From: Eledone cirrhosa
Lineage: Eukaryota
Reading direction: 5' to 3'
Assembly (NCBI GenBank): GCA_964016885.1
Contig: OZ024741.1
Span: 265,608,001 to 265,672,000, forward strand
Length of the DNA: 64,000 nucleotides
Below, piece after piece: positions 55,899-64,000 of this stretch (position 1 is the stretch's first letter; the number at the start of each line of letters is the position of its first letter). The position numbers and the translations under genes are program-made. The notes beneath the pieces were generated by a model that was not told the origin of the DNA, ran no database searches, and saw only the letters and a program-made list of their open reading frames with translations.

Positions 55899-55900
<2 letters not shown>
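55615..55900. repeat. palindrome P10 nested in the P9 right arm
   Basis: 135-bp arms with no mismatch seen; the 16-nt loop aaagcGAAACATGTCa is the 3' half of a hammerhead. Confidence 0.92.
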
Positions 55901-55966
<66 letters not shown>

Positions 55967-56207
55967 AAGCAAAAGGGATATTTAATTTTAATTATGTATA
56001 TATATATATATTTGTATTTAGCTTTGTGGTATAAGTATGGCCACTGGCTTCGGTCGTTTTTCGTGGTGTCACACTTTTTGATCTTTTCGGTTTATTCTAG
56101 ACGATAACGTATTAACTTCTCGCTCCATTGAGTGCATTGTGATTGCCTCAAACAATTTGATCAGTACCCGGTATATTGCGGCTACAATACAACTTCGGTT
56201 CATAACC

Positions 56208-56280
<73 letters not shown>

Positions 56281-56303
56281 TTTTATTAACGTTTAAAAGT
56301 GAG

Positions 56304-56353
56304 TTTTGTCTGATGATCCTGTAAGAAGCAGGCGAAACTCCAGAGTAACAAGA
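56304..56353 (+). ncRNA. type I hammerhead
   Basis: TTTTGT CTGATGA T CCTG-TAAGAAG-CAGG C GAAA CTCCAGAG TA ACAAGA. Confidence 0.85.
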
Positions 56354-56699
56354 TTCACTATTTAGCCATAATAAAATGAATATTTAGACTCTACTTCGGT
56401 ATTGAGCACTATTTTCTCTCGACCGTCAACATATGGTTATATATATATATATATATATGTTATTTAGTGGGTAAAAGCATCAATTCTTATTGTCACTTTA
56501 TATACATATATATATTCCTTTATTATGGCTAAGTTGTGTTACTCTGGAGCTTCACCTGCACACTGGCAGAATCATCACATAAGACATCTTATGATTCTGC
56601 CAGTGTGTAGGTGAAACTCCACAGTAACAAGACTCTACTTCGATATTAAGTACTCTTTTCTTTCGCCTGTGAAACTACATACGGACATATGTGTTTGTA

Positions 56700-57039
56700 T
56701 GTATGCCTGCAAATCTTTATTTCAGCATGTGTTGCAGAAACCAGATGAATCACAGAGGAAAGGTTCTGCGCTCTAGGCATGAGTCACATCCACTTCAGTA
56801 CTTATATATGGGCGTTGTTTCCGGACCTGTATTGGCTTCACAATCCCTTCTGGACCCACAGCTAAAGATCCTCCGCTCAACATTGAAGTCCTGGTTATCT
56901 CCGTCTCTGAAGAAGAGCAACATCGTATTTTTTATGATTCTCAGAGCACCTATTATTTTAGGGATTCTTTCCCTTGTCATCATCCACATTCGGCTTATTT
57001 CTATATTTGGACATGGAGAAATTATCCAGATATAAAGAT
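56700..57039 (-). other. candidate terminal exon of an unidentified minus-strand gene
   Basis: rc acceptor ttatttctctctccag|, a short frame SLYLDNFSMSKYRNKPNVDDDKGKNP*, and AATAAA near 56716-56721; no homology recognised. Confidence 0.3.
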
Positions 57040-57116
57040 CTGGAGAGAGAAATAATGCAAATGTGGAACAATCCCTATAATTATAGGTGCTCTGAGAATG
57101 ATAAAACACCCCATCT

Positions 57117-60100
57117 AAGATGTGATATCTTATCTTCTTGACTGGACTCTAGTCTCTATTTCAGTGTCCACCACCCTCATCTCCACCAAAGATGTGATAT
57201 CTTATCTTCTTGACTGGACTCTAGTCTCTATTTCACTGTCCACCACCCTCATCTCCACCAAAGATGTGATAGCTGTCCTCTTGACTGGACTCTAGTCTCT
57301 ATTTCACTGTCCACCACCCTCATCTCCACCAAAGATGTGATAGCTGTCCTCTTGACTGGACTCTAGTCTCTATTTCACTGTCCACCACCCTCATCTCCAC
57401 CAAAGATGTGATAGCTGTCCTCTTGACTGGACTCTAGTCTCTATTTCAGTGTCCACCACCCTCATCTCCACCAAAGATGTGATATCTTATCTTCTTGACT
57501 GGGCTCTAGTCTCTATTTCACTGTCCACCACCCTCATCTCCACCAAAGATGTGATAGCTGTCCTCTTGACTGGACTCTAGTCTCTATTTCACTGTCCACC
57601 ACCCTCATCTCCACCAAAGATGTGATAGCTGTCCTCTTGACTGGACTCTAGTCTCTATTTCACTGTCCACCACCCTCATCTCCACCAAAGATGTGATAGC
57701 TGTCCTCTTGACTGGACTCTAGTCTCTATTTCACTGTCCACCACCCTCATCTCCACCAAAGATGTGATATCTTATCTTCTTGACTGGACTCTAGTCTCTA
57801 TTTCACTGTCCACCACCCTCATCTCCACCAAAGATGTGATAGCTGTCCTCTTGACTGGACTCTAGTCTCTATTTCACTGTCCACCACCCTCATCTCCACC
57901 AAAGATGTGATAGCTGTCCTCTTGACTGGACTCTAGTCTCTATTTCACTGTCCACCACCCTCATCTCCACCAAAGATGTGATAGCTGTCCTCTTGACTGG
58001 ACTCTAGTCTCTATTTCAGTGTCCACCACCCTCATCTCCACCAAAGATGTGATATCTTATCTTCTTGACTGGACTCTAGTCTCTATTTCACTGTCCACCA
58101 CCCTCATCTCCACCAAAGATGTGATAGCTGTCTTCTTGACTGGACTCTAGTCTCTATTTCACTGTCCACCACCCTCATCTCCACCAAAGATGTGATAGCT
58201 GTCTTCTTGACTGGACTCTAGTCTCTATTTCACTGTCCACCACCCTCATCTCCACCAAAGATGTGATAGCTGTCCTCTTGACTGGACTCTAGTCTCTATT
58301 TCACTGTCCACCACCCTCATCTCCACCAAAGATGTGATAGCTGTCTTCTTGACTGGACTCTAGTCTCTATTTCACTGTCCACCACCCTCATCTCCACCAA
58401 AGATGTGATAGCTGTCCTCTTGACTGGACTCTAGTCTCTCTTTCACTGTCCACCACCCTCATCTCCACCAAAGATGTGATAGCTGTCCTCTTGACTGGAC
58501 TCTAGTCTCTATTTCACTGTCCACCACCCTCATCTCCACCAAAGATGTGATAGCTGTCTTCTTGACTGGACTCTAGTCTCTATTTCACTGTCCACCACCC
58601 TCATCTCCACCAAAGATGTGATAGCTGTCCTCTTGACTGGACTCTAGTCTCTATTTCACTGTCCACCACCCTCATCTCCACCAAAGATGTGATAGCTGTC
58701 CTCTTGACTGGACTCTAGTCTCTATTTCACTGTCCACCACCCTCATCTCCACCAAAGATGTGATAGCTGTCCTCTTGACTGGACTCTTGTCTCTATTTCA
58801 CTGTCCACCACCCTCATCTCCACCAAAGATGTGATAGCTGTCCTCTTGACTGGACTCTAGTCTCTATTTCACTGTCCACCACCCTCATCTCCACCAAAGA
58901 TGTGATATCTTATCTTCTTGACTGGACTCTAGTCTCTATTTCAGTGTCCACCACCCTCATCTCCACCAAAGATGTGATAGCTGTCCTCTTGACTGGACTC
59001 TAGTCTCTATTTCACTGTCCACCACCCTCATCTCCACCAAAGATGTGATAGCTGTCTTCTTGACTGGACTCTAGTCTCTATTTCACTGTCCACCACCCTC
59101 ATCTCCACCAAAGATGTGATAGCTGTCCTCTTGACTGGACTCTAGTCTCTATTTCACTGTCCACCACCCTCATCTCCACCAAAGATGTGATAGCTGTCCT
59201 CTTGACTGGACTCTAGTCTCTATTTCAGTGTCCACCACCCTCATCTCCACCAAAGATGTGATATCTTATCTTCTTGACTGGACTCTAGTCTCTATTTCAC
59301 TGTCCACCACCCTCATCTCCACCAAAGATGTGATAGCTGTCCTCTTGACTGGACTCTAGTCTCTATTTCAGTGTCCACCACCCTCATCTCCACCAAAGAT
59401 GTGATAGCTGTCCTCTTGACTGGACTCTAGTCTCTATTTCAGTGTCCACCACCCTCATCTCCACCAAAGATGTGATAGCTGTCCTCTTGACTGGACTCTA
59501 GTCTCTATTTCAGTGTCCACCACCCTCATCTCCACCAAAGATGTGATATCTTATCTTCTTGACTGGACTCTAGTCTCTATTTCACTGTCCACCACCCTCA
59601 TCTCCACCAAAGATGTGATAGCTGTCCTCTTGACTGGACTCTAGTCTCTATTTCACTGTCCACCACCCTCATCTCCACCAAAGATGTGATAGCTGTCCTC
59701 TTGACTGGACTCTAGTCTCTATTTCACTGTCCACCACCCTCATCTCCACCAAAGATGTGATAGCTGTCCTCTTGACTGGACTCTAGTCTCTATTTCAGTG
59801 TCCACCACCCTCATCTCCACCAAAGATGTGATATCTTATCTTCTTGACTGGACTCTAGTCTCTATTTCACTGTCCACCACCCTCATCTCCACCAAAGATG
59901 TGATAGCTGTCCTCTTGACTGGACTCTAGTCTCTATTTCAGTGTCCACCACCCTCATCTCCACCAAAGATGTGATAGCTGTCCTCTTGACTGGACTCTAG
60001 TCTCTATTTCAGTGTCCACCACCCTCATCTCCACCAAAGATGTGATATCTTATCTTCTTGACTGGACTCTAGTCTCTATTTCACTGTCCACCACCCTCAT

Positions 60101-62460
60101 CTCCACCAAAGATGTGATAGCTGTCCTCTTGACTGGACTCTAGTCTCTATTTCAGTGTCCAGCACCCTCATCTCCACCAAAGATGTGATAGCTGTCCTCT
60201 TGACTGGACTCTAGTCTCTATTTCACTGTCCACCACCCTCATCTCCACCAAAGATGTGATATCTTATCTTCTTGACTGGACTCTAGTCTCTATTTCACTG
60301 TCCACCACCCTCATCTCCACCAAAGATGTGATAGCTGTCCTCTTGACTGGACTCTAGTCTCTATTTCAGTGTCCACCACCCTCATCTCCACCAAAGATGT
60401 GATAGCTGTCCTCTTGACTGGACTCTAGTCTCTATTTCACTGTCCACCACCCTCATCTCCACCAAAGATGTGATAGCTGTCCTCTTGACTGGACTCTAGT
60501 CTCTATTTCACTGTCCACCACCCTCATCTCCACCAAAGATGTGATAGCTGTCCTCTTGACTGGGCTCTAGTCTCTATTTCACTGTCCACCACCCTCATCT
60601 CCACCAAAGATGTGATAGCTGTCCTCTTGACTGGGCTCTAGTCTCTATTTCACTGTCCACCACCCTCATCTCCACCAAAGATGTGATAGCTGTCCTCTTG
60701 ACTGGACTCTAGTCTCTATTTCACTGTCCACCACCCTCATCTCCACCAAAGATGTGATAGCTGTCCTCTTGACTGGACTCTAGTCTCTATTTCACTGTCC
60801 ACCACCCTCATCTCCACCAAAGATGTGATAGCTGTCCTCTTGACTGGACTCTAGTCTCTATTTCACTGTCCACCACCCTCATCTCCACCAAAGATGTGAT
60901 AGCTGTCCTCTTGACTGGACTCTAGTCTCTATTTCACTGTCCACCACCCTCATCTCCACCAAAGATGTGATAGCTGTCCTCTTGACTGGACTCTAGTCTC
61001 TATTTCACTGTCCACCACCCTCATCTCCACCAAAGATGTGATAGCTGTCCTCTTGACTGGACTCTAGTCTCTATTTCACTGTCCACCACCCTCATCTCCA
61101 CCAAAGATGTGATAGCTGTCCTCTTGACTGGACTCTAGTCTCTATTTCACTGTCCACCACCCTCATCTCCACCAAAGATGTGATAGCTGTCCTCTTGACT
61201 GGACTCTAGTCTCTATTTCACTGTCCACCACCCTCATCTCCACCAAAGATGTGATAGCTGTCCTCTTGACTGGACTCTAGTCTCTATTTCACTGTCCACC
61301 ACCCTCATCTCCACCAAAGATGTGATAGCTGTCCTCTTGACTGGGCTCTAGTCTCTATTTCACTGTCCACCACCCTCATCTCCACCAAAGATGTGATAGC
61401 TGTCCTCTTGACTGGGCTCTAGTCTCTATTTCACTGTCCACCACCCTCATCTCCACCAAAGATGTGATAGCTGTCCTCTTGACTGGGCTCTAGTCTCTAT
61501 TTCACTGTCCACCACCCTCATCTCCACCAAAGATGTGATAGCTGTCCTCTTGACTGGACTCTAGTCTCTATTTCACTGTCCACCACCCTCATCTCCACCA
61601 AAGATGTGATAGCTGTCCTCTTGACTGGACTCTAGTCTCTATTTCACTGTCCACCACCCTCATCTCCACCAAAGATGTGATAGCTGTCCTCTTGACTGGG
61701 CTCTAGTCTCTATTTCACTGTCCACCACCCTCATCTCCACCAAAGATGTGATAGCTGTCCTCTTGACTGGACTCTAGTCTCTATTTCACTGTCCACCACC
61801 CTCATCTCCACCAAAGATGTGATAGCTGTCCTCTTGACTGGACTCTAGTCTCTATTTCACTGTCCACCACCCTCATCTCCACCAAAGATGTGATAGCTGT
61901 CCTCTTGACTGGACTCTAGTCTCTATTTCACTGTCCACCACCCTCATCTCCACCAAAGATGTGATAGCTGTCCTCTTGACTGGACTCTAGTCTCTATTTC
62001 ACTGTCCACCACCCTCATCTCCACCAAAGATGTGATAGCTGTCCTCTTGACTGGACTCTAGTCTCTATTTCACTGTCCACCACCCTCATCTCCACCAAAG
62101 ATGTGATAGCTGTCCTCTTGACTGGGCTCTAGTCTCTATTTCAGTGTCCACCACCCTCATCTCCACCAAAGATGTGATATCTTATATTCTTGACTGGACT
62201 CTAGTCTCTATTTCACTGTCCACCACCCTCATCTCCACCAAAGATGTGATAGCTGTCCTCTTGACTGGACTCTAGTCTCTATTTCACTGTCCACCACCCT
62301 CATCTCCACCAAAGATGTGATAGCTGTCCTCTTGACTGGACTCTAGTCTCTATTTCACTGTCCACCACCCTCATCTCCACCAAAGATGTGATAGCTGTCC
62401 TCTTGACTGGACTCTAGTCTCTATTTCACTGTCCATCACCCTCATCTCCACCAACGATTT
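57117..62460. repeat. 71/72-bp satellite, about 75 copies
   Basis: unit aagatgtgatagctgtcctcttgactggactctagtctctatttcactgtccaccaccctcatctccacca; 72-bp variant with atcttatctt. Confidence 0.98.
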
Positions 62461-62490
62461 AATATCTTATCTTGTGGACTGAAAAAAGAC

Positions 62491-62645
62491 GGCGGATTGG
62501 CAGAGTCGTTAGAACGTCGGATAGAATGCTTTATGTTATTCGTTTTACCTCTCTAATCTCTGAGTTCAAATCCTGCCGAGGTCAACTTTGCCTTTCATCC
62601 ATTCGAGGTCATTAAAAAAATACCAGTCTAGTACTGAGGTCAATT
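62491..62645 (+). mobile_element. SINE family A
   Basis: ggcggattggcagagtcgttagaacg..gagttcaaatcctgccgaggtcaactttgcctttcatcc. Confidence 0.75.
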
Positions 62646-63516
62646 CTTCCGCTATATCTCTTTCTCACTTCTATTCTCTCACTTTCTATCCTACTCAGAC
62701 CTGGAGAGATGAGCACCGCTAGGTTTTAAAATGTCCTAGAAATGCCGTATGTCAATATGATGCACCTACGGGACCATGCATGCTTCTGGAATGAACTCTA
62801 GTCTCTATTTCACTGTCCAATCCCTCCCCCTATCTCCCACCAAAGCTGCATTCCGGCGATGTGATCGGCTTAAATAACTGTCCGTTGTTGGTAATATCAA
62901 ACTTTTTGGTGTGGATTCCAGACTGAACCTTAAACAAAACCATGTGTTAAAAATCACTTCGGAAAGGAAGTCTTCCCTGTTTGATTTATTTACTCTGTTA
63001 AAGAAGTTGGTGATCTGAAGCAAGACGTGAGGTCTGGGGTTGACTTATGTGGGTGTAGTAGAGCGTGTCTGTGACATCGTTAACCTCTCTCTTGTGGGGG
63101 GTCGTGTTGTGGGTAGATGGTTGCTGGTCAACTGCAGCCAGACAAGCCTGGAGTAATGTGACGGTGTGGATATAGAGAAGCATGCCTACGTCTCTGTCAA
63201 TATACCGCTGGTGGAGAGGGGGGGGGGGGGTCAACTGCAGTAAGACAAGCCATTCATCCACCGCCAGAGGGGGGGGGGGGTTAAGGAACACTCCAATGTT
63301 TGTCAACTCCCTTGCTCCCTGTTATCCCCATTCCACCCTCTACTGTCTTCCCCCACCTTCACCCAGTGAATATATCACGTGTCCCGGTCACTGATTTCAC
63401 CTCACGTTGCAGCACAGCTTACACCAACTTATGTAAACTTGTTCTCCACCGAAATGGCGGACAGTTCTCTAGTTGACCGGAAATAGGAAGGAGTGTTAAA
63501 CACTGCTGCTGTAGTT

Positions 63517-64000
63517 GTGGTGGTGGTGGTGGTGGTGGTGGTGTTGATGGTGGTGGTGGTGGTGGTGATGGCGCTGGTGGTGGTGGTGACGGTGGTGGTG
63601 GTGTTGGTGGTAGTGTTGCTGTTGGCGGTGATGGTGGTGTTGGTGGTGGTGTTGGTGGTGGTGGTGATGGTGGTGATGGTGGTGATGATGGTGGTGTTGA
63701 TGGTGGTGTTGGTGTTAATGGTGGTGTTGATGGTGGTGATGGTGGTGGTGATGATGGTGGTGGTGGTGATGGTGGTGATGATGGTGGTGTTGATGGTGGT
63801 GTTGGTGTTGATGGTGGTGTTGATGGTGGTGGTGATGGTGGTGGTGGTGGTGGTGATGGTGTTGATGATGGGGTTAGTGGTGTTGGTGGTGGTGGTGGTG
63901 ATGTTGATGGTGGTGGTGGTGATGGCGGTGGTGGTGATGGTGGTGGTGGTGTTGGTGGTGTGTTTGGTGGTGGCTTTGGTGATGTTGGTGTTAGTGATGA
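63517..64000. repeat. (GGT/GAT/GTT)n trinucleotide repeat
   Basis: direct observation. Confidence 0.95.

Larger units (their letters stand above)
51527..56643 (-). mobile_element. 5'-truncated Penelope-like element with a large inverted 3' region (palindrome P9)
   Basis: 51527-53050 is mirrored by 54440-56643 (right arm has extra segments near 55000-55260 and 55580-55960); the loop contains the endonuclease ORF. Confidence 0.88.

Noticed and set aside
57117-62460. CRISPR-like regular repeat
   Set aside because: Units are contiguous and near-identical, with no unique spacers and no cas genes; eukaryotic context.

Overview
Repeat-rich animal genomic DNA, most likely octopus or another coleoid cephalopod (inferred from repeat content, not proven). 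1-28.6 kb holds the last 11 coding exons of the cohesin ATPase SMC3 (+ strand, GT-AG introns, frame continuous, ending ...HNFVEDDATRG*). Its introns are inflated by SINEs, RTE LINE 3' ends, a Tc1/mariner remnant and several minisatellites, including an ~11 kb 27-bp G-rich array. After a 200-N gap, 28.8-56.6 kb is a (TA)n microsatellite field. It contains an intact 821-aa Penelope-like (RT + GIY-YIG, probably Naiad-type) retroelement with pLTR direct repeats, a second 5'-truncated element, a deleted mariner with 103-bp TIRs, and about ten fold-back palindromes. The main hidden signal is that most palindromes carry type I hammerhead ribozyme motifs from several unrelated sequence families. Wherever orientation can be read they are head-to-head (5' ends at the hairpin axis, 3' ends pointing into TA repeats). 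One hammerhead has a compensatory U3:A8 core, and two palindromes fold back inside the ribozyme itself. 57.1-62.5 kb is a 71-bp satellite, and weak minus-strand exon candidates lie at 56.7-57.0 kb and 63.4-63.5 kb. All folds and alignments were done by eye, and repeat boundaries are approximate.
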